Notes: a model not told the origin generated them from the sequence alone. Counted from the stretch's first letter, positions 19,717-27,254 are shown. The stretch is 54,755 nt of DNA from a virus (IMGVR_UViG_3300025276_000039:1-54755); one strand, 5' to 3'. A program made the numbers and translations.

Positions 19717-20174
19717 AATTGAAATGTGTTAGGTATAGTATGTCCTCCTTCAAGTGCTATAAATCCACCATAATCAATGATGTGTAAAAATTGCTCATGG
19801 TTTGGAATCTCACGATCGACCCATACCCATCTATAACCAATTTTTTCTCTTGACAATTCATATAATGCACCATCATACTCTTCCCAAATCATTTTACGAA
19901 AGTGAGATTCATGATTTCCATATAATAGTTTACTGAGAACAATCCATACAAAGCCATCGTCTTCGCACTTCAGCATGTAAGGTTTAGTCCCTTGGATTTG
20001 CCATAATACATCATCATCGTTCCAAGTATATCCAGTATGGTCTACAATAGACACATCTAGCGCATTCTCTACTGCTTCTTTTTCTTTTAGGATTGAAATT
20101 TGTTCATTAGTCATTATAACATCTTTAGGAATTGATCTCATAAACTTTTCAGCGTTCGACATTTCTTTATTCAT
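19713..20174 (-). CDS. Early hypothetical protein
   Basis: 153 aa, acidic and aromatic; preceded by the repeated promoter and leader motif. Confidence 0.75.
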   Translation of the reverse strand: MNKEMSNAEKFMRSIPKDVIMTNEQISILKEKEAVENALDVSIVDHTGYTWNDDDVLWQIQGTKPYMLKCEDDGFVWIVLSKLLYGNHESHFRKMIWEEYDGALYELSREKIGYRWVWVDREIPNHEQFLHIIDYGGFIALEGGHTIPNTFQL

Positions 20175-20200
20175 GGTTTCGGATTTGGTTTTTGGTTTGT

Positions 20201-20217
20201 GTACGTATATAAATTAG
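20201..20217 (-). promoter_or_regulatory. Repeated early promoter/operator motif, copy 2
   Basis: CTAATTTATATACGTAC on the minus strand. Confidence 0.75.
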
Positions 20218-20235
20218 GGAACATTCTTTTGCATT

Positions 20236-20424
20236 TCAACAATTATTTTTATTCCCATAGGGAACATTTGGTTCAGACTTCATATAAACACCTATCCCTT
20301 TTAGCGATGCACAATCACTGAACAGATTTATGAAATGATATTTACTCCAATCTTTGTTTAACATTTCCAATTCATTTAATTTTTGCCATTCGCTTGATCT
20401 CATTTCAAATATTTCAACTTTCAT
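20236..20424 (-). CDS. Early hypothetical protein
   Basis: ATG 20424 after an A-rich leader; the track start at 20463 lies inside the hammerhead. Confidence 0.6.
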   Translation of the reverse strand: MKVEIFEMRSSEWQKLNELEMLNKDWSKYHFINLFSDCASLKGIGVYMKSEPNVPYGNKNNC

Positions 20425-20442
20425 AATTATTTTATTTAAAAT

Positions 20443-20494
20443 TTCCGTTTCATGCTTTTGCAATCATCAGTTAAGGTTACACCTTAATACGGAA
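20443..20494 (-). ncRNA. Hammerhead ribozyme, type III
   Basis: UUCCGUA | UUAAGG-uguaa-CCUUAA CUGAUGA UUGC-aaaa-GCAU GAAA CGGAA; GUA triplet, cut between 20488 and 20487; stem II is short with a U.U closing pair. Confidence 0.8.
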
Positions 20495-20525
20495 GCAGTT
20501 TTACATCTTGCTTAGGATAGGTGGT

Positions 20526-20948
20526 CTATGTTAAGGGAATATTTACAGCGATTCTTTGGAACTTATCCGTTGAATTCTCAACACAGCGATAAGAAAGTCT
20601 TATAAGATTTATAGCCATGTGGTTATAATAATTTTCAATTATCTTGTCCTCTAGGTTTTCGGACAAATTGTCTGTCTCTAAAAGAGATTTAGCCAACTTG
20701 AGTATATCACCACTATAAAATGGTAAATCAATGACACTCGGTAAGCCACTTAGCCACTCGGCTATATTCCTTTCAATTGGAAGGTGGCAGTTGTTCTTAT
20801 GAATAAATTCCTTGCTGAAGGTTTCCAAAAGGAACGTCATCTTTTCAGATGGTGTATCGGTCTTTACTTGGTACTCTGTACCATCGATACTCTCTAGTAA
20901 GTAAGTATAGATATTATTCCTATACTGCGAAGAATTTGTCTTTAACAT
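20526..20948 (-). CDS. Early hypothetical protein flanked by two hammerheads
   Basis: 140 aa, includes IAEWLSGLPSVIDLPFY; function unknown. Confidence 0.8.
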   Translation of the reverse strand: MLKTNSSQYRNNIYTYLLESIDGTEYQVKTDTPSEKMTFLLETFSKEFIHKNNCHLPIERNIAEWLSGLPSVIDLPFYSGDILKLAKSLLETDNLSENLEDKIIENYYNHMAINLIRLSYRCVENSTDKFQRIAVNIPLT

Positions 20949-20967
20949 GGTTGTGGATTTTTAATTT

Positions 20968-21019
20968 AACCTGACCCCTTTCGGGGTTTCGTTCCATTTC
21001 AGGATACTCTTCAGAGGTT
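20968..21019 (-). ncRNA. Hammerhead ribozyme, type I
   Basis: AACCU CUGAAGA GUAUCC-ugaaau-GGAAC GAAA CCCC-gaaa-GGGG UC | AGGUU; complete core, GUC triplet, cut between 20973 and 20972. Confidence 0.9.
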
Positions 21020-21328
21020 TTTTACATACTCACAATCCTTTTCGGGTTGGGTTGAGTACTTTTCCCATTCACCACCGATAGACATCTCTTCAGACTCATT
21101 GAGTATATAGTCAATTAATATTCTCTTGTATCTATCAGATAAAGAAGCATAGAATCTCATAAATCCCAAAGTATTATCTTCTGATTCATCGCAAAACTTA
21201 TCGAAATTTTTGGCTAAGTGATCGGTGTGGGAGGTTTCTCTTGGGAAGGCTTTCTCTATGAAATCATACTCATAGTTAAAAGCATACATTAAGACTAGAT
21301 TACAGTTATTAAAGGTTTTGTTTTTCAT
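21011..21328 (-). CDS. Early hypothetical protein
   Basis: 105 aa; its UGA stop is the UGA of the hammerhead CUGA core. Confidence 0.75.
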   Translation of the reverse strand: MKNKTFNNCNLVLMYAFNYEYDFIEKAFPRETSHTDHLAKNFDKFCDESEDNTLGFMRFYASLSDRYKRILIDYILNESEEMSIGGEWEKYSTQPEKDCEYVKNL

Positions 21329-21388
21329 GATATTTATTTATTTGAGATTATTATGGTTGTCGAAATTTGGTTGGTTGGTTTTTCTTTC

Positions 21389-21405
21389 GTACGTATACAA
21401 TTTAG
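21389..21405 (-). promoter_or_regulatory. Repeated early promoter/operator motif, copy 3
   Basis: CTAAATTGTATACGTAC on the minus strand, with TTTG upstream. Confidence 0.75.
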
Positions 21406-21863
21406 CACCGCTTTTTCTGAACAAAACAAAAAAAATGTGAATTAATTTTCTTACGTAGTAAAAAAGTTTTTCATTCAGTTCTGGGGCAGTCTTGAACCTC
21501 GTGCCTAATCTATATCACTTTGAAGAATGATCAACTCTAAACACAATCTTGATTCCTAGCGCATGCCTATGGACATCCACAACTTGAGAAACAAGTCAAC
21601 CAATGTGTCCCCTCCTCTGGAGGGATAGGGTAAGTCGTTTGGGTTGGGGGCTGATTGTTCGCACCCTCCTTAAGACTGGTGGAAATTGCTGATCTGTCTT
21701 CGACAGTACTCCTCGCACCCTCCTACGCTGAGACCCACTGCCTTCGCGTGGAAACGCCTAAACCTTGCGCGCATTTCGGCAGGAAAGGCCCCCCCCGTCG
21801 AACTGGTTTGGGTTTCGGATCTCCTGGCTGACCGCGTGTATATATATATAATCCCCCCGGTAC

Positions 21864-22088
21864 TTATTTCTGATAACTTTTCGCAGACTTGCTCAAAGAC
21901 TTGAGTGCTGCTTTCTTGCTTTTGTATTTCGCTTTAAGTTGTGAGTACTTCCGCTGTAAAATCAATATTTGGGAATATTGCTTTCTAAGCCAGGGGAACA
22001 TAATAAGAACACCTAGCGCAAAAAATAAAGAACACAATGTGATCAAGATGATGACCTCAGGGTTGTCGTTTATTTGCTCCAGGTTCAT
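21864..22088 (-). CDS. Small membrane protein
   Basis: One TM followed by a basic coiled coil. Confidence 0.6.
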   Translation of the reverse strand: MNLEQINDNPEVIILITLCSLFFALGVLIMFPWLRKQYSQILILQRKYSQLKAKYKSKKAALKSLSKSAKSYQK

Positions 22089-22318
22089 TTGTCCTGGTGA
22101 AGTAGTAGTGACTTTCCTAGTGTAGGATTAATTTTAGATATGGCCCTATAGATGACCCTACTTTTTTTCTTAACATTTTGCTTCTCGGTCTTATTGCTAT
22201 CCTTTCCTAGGTTCTGATATTGTACAGCATCCATGTACAGTAGTTTGTCTACTCTGTACTTGTCGGATTGGTGTACGCATTTAACGGTTTTTTCTATTAA
22301 GGCCTCATTATATTCCAT
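22085..22318 (-). CDS. Conserved-looking phage hypothetical protein
   Basis: DKLLYMDA..Y.NLG.DS...KSR.IYRAI pattern recalled from Bacteroidota phages. Confidence 0.7.
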   Translation of the reverse strand: MEYNEALIEKTVKCVHQSDKYRVDKLLYMDAVQYQNLGKDSNKTEKQNVKKKSRVIYRAISKINPTLGKSLLLHQDK

Positions 22319-22490
22319 GTGTTCTCTGTCAATTGATTACTCTATTAAATTTTATGCAAAGGAGTAGCCCTGGCACACTGAGTTTCGTCTATTAAATGTC
22401 GAGATGTTCGTCGATGTACGACACAATCTATATTACGCTTGTTGCTTATAGATATGGTCTTTGTTCATATTGTCAACACAAAGACGTGTT

Positions 22491-22521
22491 CGAAGTTACA
22501 GTAAAAAAATTGGATATGCAA
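22491..22521 (-). promoter_or_regulatory. Promoter TTG-N20-TAACTTCG
   Basis: -33/-7 spacing fits the Bacteroidota consensus; one mismatch in the -7 box. Confidence 0.55.
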
Positions 22522-22560
22522 CACTTGTTATAACATCCTTTCCCCTTAACTCTTCTAGAT

Positions 22561-22716
22561 CTAAAACTTATTGTGTCTGTTCATTAGGATACCTAAATAG
22601 ATACATATCATTCCTAACAGTGATTTGAGAGTTCCTGTAGGTAGGAGCACCCCGCCAGTTATCATTAGTGCCTCTGGCAGTATTGTTTTAATAAAGGATA
22701 TGATTCTATCTTTCAT
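22561..22716 (-). CDS. Small two-TM membrane protein
   Basis: MKDRIISFIK...; ATG 22716 preferred. Confidence 0.55.
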   Translation of the reverse strand: MKDRIISFIKTILPEALMITGGVLLPTGTLKSLLGMICIYLGILMNRHNKF

Positions 22717-22789
22717 CTCTATAGAATGTATATAAAAAGAAAACAAAAGAGGAGATCACCATTCCGTATAACATCCCCAGGAGTAACAT
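22706..22789 (-). CDS. 27-aa hydrophobic peptide (not in track)
   Basis: MLLLGMLYGMVISSFVFFLYTFYRDER; TAATG-coupled. Confidence 0.4.
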   Translation of the reverse strand: MLLLGMLYGMVISSFVFFLYTFYRDER

Positions 22790-22959
22790 TAGGCTGTTCT
22801 TCCGGCAGCGGCCTTAGCGGCCATCCCTGCTTTTCCGAATTTCTTTGCGCCTATTGAGTAAGCAATCTTCTGTGCAGACTCTTTAGACTTTCCTTTTTTC
22901 ATAAGTTGAGCAACTAATTTCTTGAATGCTCCACCTTTATCGAATTTATTTTTCATCAT
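22789..22959 (-). CDS. Small Lys/Ala-rich basic protein, 56 aa (not in track)
   Basis: MMKNKFDKGGAFKKLVAQL...IGAKKFGKAGMAAKAAAGRTA. Confidence 0.75.
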   Translation of the reverse strand: MMKNKFDKGGAFKKLVAQLMKKGKSKESAQKIAYSIGAKKFGKAGMAAKAAAGRTA

Positions 22960-23590
22960 TATTTCTTTTAGGGTACATATTCATCTCTGGATCGGACATA
23001 CCGTCCGGTAATATACCAGAGGAACTTAACTCTGTTATAATCTCTTCGGCATCTCCTGGCTTTAGATTAGGAAGAACACCTAGTATAGATCCAACAAAGT
23101 TATTTGCTACATCTTCTCCTGTAGTTCTTAGTGCATCATACACTCCACGGAGGCCATTCTTCCCATATCCTTCTTTTAGTGCCGATGGTAAATGCTTTGC
23201 TTCATGTCCTGCGCCCAGTATATTGGCGGTAACTAAACCTGCGGCATCTCCAATTATGTTTGTTATGACATTGGAATTATAACCTCCGGTAATCATATTG
23301 CTTATATTTTGTGCAGTATATGTTCCAGCCAATGCATGACGTATGTTATCAGTTTGATCATCATCTACCCGACCAGACTCAACTAAACTCCCAGCATAGT
23401 TGTATGCTTTTTCTTTTGGATTGCCTATAAAATCATTTACTTGTTGTTCACGAGTAGGTGCCCCTTCAGGTGGGTCGACAAAGTCGCTCATCCTGTCAAC
23501 CATTTTTCCAGGAGATCTGTATGCTTTAATCTGTTTCTTTACAGCGGAAAGTTTACCGCCTTCCTCAAGGGGTCTGAACCTATAGTTCAT
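22946..23590 (-). CDS. DUF6973-like helical domain protein
   Basis: DNIRHA...GHE...EDVANN.VG motif set. Confidence 0.55.
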   Translation of the reverse strand: MNYRFRPLEEGGKLSAVKKQIKAYRSPGKMVDRMSDFVDPPEGAPTREQQVNDFIGNPKEKAYNYAGSLVESGRVDDDQTDNIRHALAGTYTAQNISNMITGGYNSNVITNIIGDAAGLVTANILGAGHEAKHLPSALKEGYGKNGLRGVYDALRTTGEDVANNFVGSILGVLPNLKPGDAEEIITELSSSGILPDGMSDPEMNMYPKRNNDEK

Positions 23591-23787
23591 CCCGCATCAA
23601 CTCCTCCGCCTTTCGCCATTGCGTCGTCGAAGACAATACCATTCAATACTAATAACTCTCTTCCGTCTCTACTTTTCAACATCTTAGAAAAAGCAGGAAC
23701 GTCTTTAGCGATAGGAGCGAATACCTCTGTGCCAGAAGAAAGATTTTTGTTCTCTGCAAAAGGAACTTGCTTACGATACTTTGCCAT
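23587..23787 (-). CDS. Hypothetical protein
   Basis: TAATG-coupled to the amidase gene. Confidence 0.6.
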   Translation of the reverse strand: MAKYRKQVPFAENKNLSSGTEVFAPIAKDVPAFSKMLKSRDGRELLVLNGIVFDDAMAKGGGVDAG

Positions 23788-24455
23788 TATAACAATTTTA
23801 ACATTTCTATTATCTCTGGTTGAGGGAATATGTCTGACTTATCCTTTCGTACAGAGTTGTGTGTAAAGATACCACTTTCTCCCCTTAGTGCTTTCTTTGA
23901 AACTCCCCACATATCTCTAGCATTGTACTCTGTATTAATACCATAATGCTCTTTCCAATACTTTAACAAGTTCTCTGTACTTCTTATCTGCTCGTCAGAG
24001 TACCTATGATAATACCGGTGCCCTTTGAATGGTTCTTCTAATGTACACACCTCTTCCTTTGGAACCTCTTTGTTTACGTAGTTATAAAAACGACCCTTCT
24101 TTTCTTCTAAGTGTCCCCACGCGCAAAGTTCTATACCTATGGAACGCTTATCTAAAGGAACATAATCAAGATTGTACGAATCAAACACCTCACGTTTAAT
24201 CCCCAAGTGATATGCCCAGTACTTACTAGAGAATGCCTGGACAATTTTACCATCACCTTCTGCTGCCCCAGTATTAGATATGCAGACGCATGTGGCTATA
24301 CGACCCCTGGTGTCATTGTTCCAATAGTTAACCGTGTTTTTACCACTAGCATTCCCGGCTGTGTGGTGTAAATAGATCTGATTCTTTTTATGTTTCTCCT
24401 TAACATACTCGTTAGAGGATAACTTAACCTGTAATATATCATCAAGAAAACTCAT
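23787..24455 (-). CDS. Endolysin, N-acetylmuramoyl-L-alanine amidase (Amidase_2)
   Basis: IYLHHTAG, WAYH.G, SIGIELC, H....DKSD zinc-binding pattern. Confidence 0.9.
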   Translation of the reverse strand: MSFLDDILQVKLSSNEYVKEKHKKNQIYLHHTAGNASGKNTVNYWNNDTRGRIATCVCISNTGAAEGDGKIVQAFSSKYWAYHLGIKREVFDSYNLDYVPLDKRSIGIELCAWGHLEEKKGRFYNYVNKEVPKEEVCTLEEPFKGHRYYHRYSDEQIRSTENLLKYWKEHYGINTEYNARDMWGVSKKALRGESGIFTHNSVRKDKSDIFPQPEIIEMLKLL

Positions 24456-24481
24456 AATGTCTCATTTGCTTTTTTCATAGT

Positions 24482-24498
24482 CAAATCTATTAACTTTG
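24482..24498. promoter_or_regulatory. Back-to-back divergent -7 elements
   Basis: TAGATTTG on - (24482..24489) toward the amidase; TAACTTTG on + (24491..24498) toward the holin-like gene. Confidence 0.7.
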
Positions 24499-24519
24499 CA
24501 TATACACATACATACTGAA

Positions 24520-24744
24520 ATGAGTCTAATAGATATATTTAAAGACGATAACAATTATAACGAGAAGACCATTATAGGTTTTATATCGTTTGCTGTTATG
24601 ATAGTAGTGATGATCGTGGATTTGGTTACAGGTTGGTTAGGTAAAGACCTGGTAGTCAATGAGTTTATATATAATTCATTCTTGTTTGTCACCCTTGGAT
24701 CATTTGGGATTGCAGGACTAGAGAAATTCTCACAGAAAAAATGA
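24520..24744 (+). CDS. Putative holin (two TM)
   Basis: Two hydrophobic helices and EKFSQKK tail; divergent from the amidase. Confidence 0.55.
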   Translation: MSLIDIFKDDNNYNEKTIIGFISFAVMIVVMIVDLVTGWLGKDLVVNEFIYNSFLFVTLGSFGIAGLEKFSQKK

Positions 24745-25016
24745 AACTAAAGAAAACCAAGGACAGTAAAAAGGTAAAAGCCCCCGAAGGATTTCACTGG
24801 ATGACAGAGAATGGCCGTCATTTTTTAATGAAGGGAGATTACAAACAACACACAGGCGCTAGTGAAGCCGCTTCATTCAGAGTTGTTAGCCATGACAAGG
24901 ACATGAAGGCTGACATGGGAATGAAAGTAAATGCCGCAAAGGAAGCAAAGAGCCGACTCAAGACTATGGAGTACGAGAACGGAGGCAAAGTAAAAAAAAA
25001 GTTCAATCTAAAGTAA
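24741..25016 (+). CDS. Small basic protein; may extend by a -1 frameshift to 25174
   Basis: APEGFHWM motif; A_AAA_AAG near the 3' end. Confidence 0.7.
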   Translation: MKLKKTKDSKKVKAPEGFHWMTENGRHFLMKGDYKQHTGASEAASFRVVSHDKDMKADMGMKVNAAKEAKSRLKTMEYENGGKVKKKFNLK

Positions 25017-25174
25017 ACGAGGCAGGCAATTACACTAAGCCATCATTACGCAAAAGAATATTCAATAGAATAAAGGGCGCGGCTAAAGGAGGTAACGCAG
25101 GACAATGGTCTGCAAGAAAAGCACAGATGCTCGCAAAAGCATACAAGGCTGCTGGAGGAGGATATAGAAACTAA
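25001..25174 (+). CDS. Start-less conserved basic domain in the -1 frame (SKVNEAGNYTKP...GQWSARKAQMLAKAYKAAGGGY)
   Basis: Recognisable phage motif normally found upstream of DUF5872-like genes; no ATG/GTG/TTG between the TGA at 24911 and the conserved block. Confidence 0.8.
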   Translation, partial: VQSKVNEAGNYTKPSLRKRIFNRIKGAAKGGNAGQWSARKAQMLAKAYKAAGGGYRN

Positions 25175-25419
25175 TGGCATTACGTAAATCACAACAATCA
25201 TTAAAGAACTGGACAGCCCAGAAATGGAGAACTAAGTCTGGGAAAAAGTCTTCTAAGACTGGGGAGAGATACCTTCCTGAGGCCGCCATAGAAAGTATGA
25301 GCGACGAGGAGTACGCTGCAACAACGGCAGCAAAAAGAGAGGGTACAAAGAAAGGAAAACAATTTGTTGCTCAACCTAAGAAGATCGCAAAGAAAACTAA
25401 GAAGTACAGAACTAACTAA
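25174..25419 (+). CDS. DUF5872-like small basic protein
   Basis: SQQSLKNWT.QKWRT...GERYLP...KR.G.K.GKQFV.QP. Confidence 0.75.
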   Translation: MALRKSQQSLKNWTAQKWRTKSGKKSSKTGERYLPEAAIESMSDEEYAATTAAKREGTKKGKQFVAQPKKIAKKTKKYRTN

Positions 25420-25846
25420 AAGGTTCTTCCCCGTTCATCTTTCTATATAAACGCGTAACGACTAGACGACCCCTTTGTGTAATGGCATAACGCACCCTAT
25501 AATTATATTTTGTTTCATCCCTAAAGTATGCATCTTCTACATTAGCACTAGGTGTCAACTTGTCAAAATGTTTATAAACCCATCCATCACTAACCATTTG
25601 ATAGATCAACCTTTTACGCATTCGTGACTCGCTCTTATTCAGCGCTTTAGCAATATGCTCTATGGTAAAAAACTCATAGTCATAGATGAACATTAAGAAA
25701 TCTAACTGCGCCCTACCTAGTTCATGATTTTTTTTTGCCTCTTGATATAAAAAGTGTAGGTTCTTAAGGTTAGTATAAGAGATCTCATTTGAATCTTTCT
25801 TAGCGAACTCCCGAAATAACTTCTTTCGGCTTGCGTAACTTTTCAT
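25412..25846 (-). CDS. Winged-helix (MarR-like) transcription regulator
   Basis: QLDFLMFIY...TIEHIAKALNKS...GWV...YAITQRGR. Confidence 0.7.
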   Translation of the reverse strand: MKSYASRKKLFREFAKKDSNEISYTNLKNLHFLYQEAKKNHELGRAQLDFLMFIYDYEFFTIEHIAKALNKSESRMRKRLIYQMVSDGWVYKHFDKLTPSANVEDAYFRDETKYNYRVRYAITQRGRLVVTRLYRKMNGEEPFS

Positions 25847-25854
25847 GATATAGG

Positions 25855-25873
25855 TATCTTTGTTTCAAAAGTA
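25855..25873. promoter_or_regulatory. Face-to-face -7 elements
   Basis: TATCTTTG on + (25855..25862) and TACTTTTG on - (25866..25873) in a 32-bp divergent gap. Confidence 0.7.
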
Positions 25874-25878
25874 ATAAT

Positions 25879-26817
25879 ATGGGAAGTCTTAGCGGTGTAA
25901 AAATTAAAGATACATTTGGTATTCTATTAAAGATGGCCACATCACAGTTGTCGGCTACAGAAGAAGTTGTACAGGATGGCGCGGGAAACAATAGCGCACT
26001 AAAATTATCAACGGATACAGTAGAAACTACAGGAGAATTAAAGATAGGATCAGCCACTACATCCACTACGGATAACCAGGCATTAATGCTAAGTTCTGGT
26101 GGTGTTGTAGTTCAAAGAAATCTCTCGACAAATCCTATAGGTACAGCGAGTATTACAGCGAATAGCCCTATCGTTGCTACAGGAAGTACAGTAGGATTGA
26201 CTGATCCATCCGCATTAACTTCCCTAGCGGCAAAAGACGTTGCCAATAACGATCAGTACTTAATATGGGACGAATCAACATCCTCATACAAGGCTATCTC
26301 TATGACAGACGTAGCAACCTCTGTTGAGGGTAGAATAGCAGCAAACATAAACGTATTTACCGCAAGGGTAGCGGCACAAACTATTGCAGGATCAGGAGCA
26401 GACATATCTTTTGCCCAAACCTTTGGACTGGCTGACGACACAGGAACAACTATTGCAACATCATCTACCGCTATAGGAAGCGCTACGGCTGACGTTACAC
26501 TGGCAGATGGTACAGGAATAAGGACAGACATTCAAATAAACACAACAAGTCAGTATAGGGTTGAATTAGATTTAGAAGTAACAACAGCAGGATCTCAGGT
26601 CGTTACTATACAACTTGTACATGACTCCGCAGCCATAATGAGATTCTCAGAAACACTGGCCTCAGGAACAAGTACGGTATCGTTAAGCAGATCATTATAT
26701 GCTACTGGTGGATTACTCTATCAAGTAAAAGTAACAGGAGGTGACTCAGTTCAGGTTACAGCAAATAGTACAGTAAGAGTTTTAAGAGAAGGCGCTCCGA
26801 ATACTGCATTCTCATAA
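25879..26817 (+). CDS. Putative fibre/structural protein
   Basis: Thr/Ser/Ala-rich with a beta-rich C-terminal domain. Confidence 0.6.
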   Translation: MGSLSGVKIKDTFGILLKMATSQLSATEEVVQDGAGNNSALKLSTDTVETTGELKIGSATTSTTDNQALMLSSGGVVVQRNLSTNPIGTASITANSPIVATGSTVGLTDPSALTSLAAKDVANNDQYLIWDESTSSYKAISMTDVATSVEGRIAANINVFTARVAAQTIAGSGADISFAQTFGLADDTGTTIATSSTAIGSATADVTLADGTGIRTDIQINTTSQYRVELDLEVTTAGSQVVTIQLVHDSAAIMRFSETLASGTSTVSLSRSLYATGGLLYQVKVTGGDSVQVTANSTVRVLREGAPNTAFS

Positions 26818-27128
26818 TGGATAGTCAGAAGAGAGCACAAATGTTTATCGCCATTAAAGGAAAGATGGAGGAGATTCAAGAGATAGTAAAAGACTACGAT
26901 GCAATTGATGAATTCTTAGCATCTTATTGTTTTGGTCTCTCTACAGACACACCCTTATCACAACACTTCAACGAGAAAACATCCTATGAATTCCTAGCGG
27001 GTTTTAATGCTGAGAACATGGATGAAGTAGACGCGATGTTCGATGCCATGCAGCGCGTTTATGAGGAAAGCGAAGACTCTGATGATGGGCCTTCAAATCA
27101 AATAAACTTTTGGCTTAATCAAAACTAA
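26817..27128 (+). CDS. Acidic hypothetical protein
   Basis: TAATG-coupled ORF. Confidence 0.7.
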   Translation: MDSQKRAQMFIAIKGKMEEIQEIVKDYDAIDEFLASYCFGLSTDTPLSQHFNEKTSYEFLAGFNAENMDEVDAMFDAMQRVYEESEDSDDGPSNQINFWLNQN

Positions 27129-27140
27129 ACCAACACACAA

Positions 27141-27254
27141 ATGGAGGAAAGCAAAAAGGACGCTTTTAGTTCTTGGATAAACGATTTAGAAGAAGTCCCT
27201 GTAGACTCTTCGTGCAGCATAGATAACCCCGACTGCGAAACGTGTGGAAGTTGA
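27141..27254 (+). CDS. 37-aa acidic microprotein ending CSIDNPDCETCGS (not in track)
   Basis: A-rich leader, fills the gap; the tail resembles the RNR alpha redox C-terminus. Confidence 0.7.
   Translation: MEESKKDAFSSWINDLEEVPVDSSCSIDNPDCETCGS

Noticed and set aside
21686-21904. 72-aa + strand ORF in the GC-rich intergenic block
   Set aside because: Non-ATG start, opposite to all neighbours, atypical composition.
22378-22392. GACGAAAC on the minus strand as a third hammerhead
   Set aside because: No CUGANGA core at a suitable position.
14705-22537. Identical 14-mer CTTGTTATAACATC at 14705 and 22524
   Set aside because: One copy is within a gene, and isolated 14-mer pairs are expected by chance in an AT-rich 54-kb genome.
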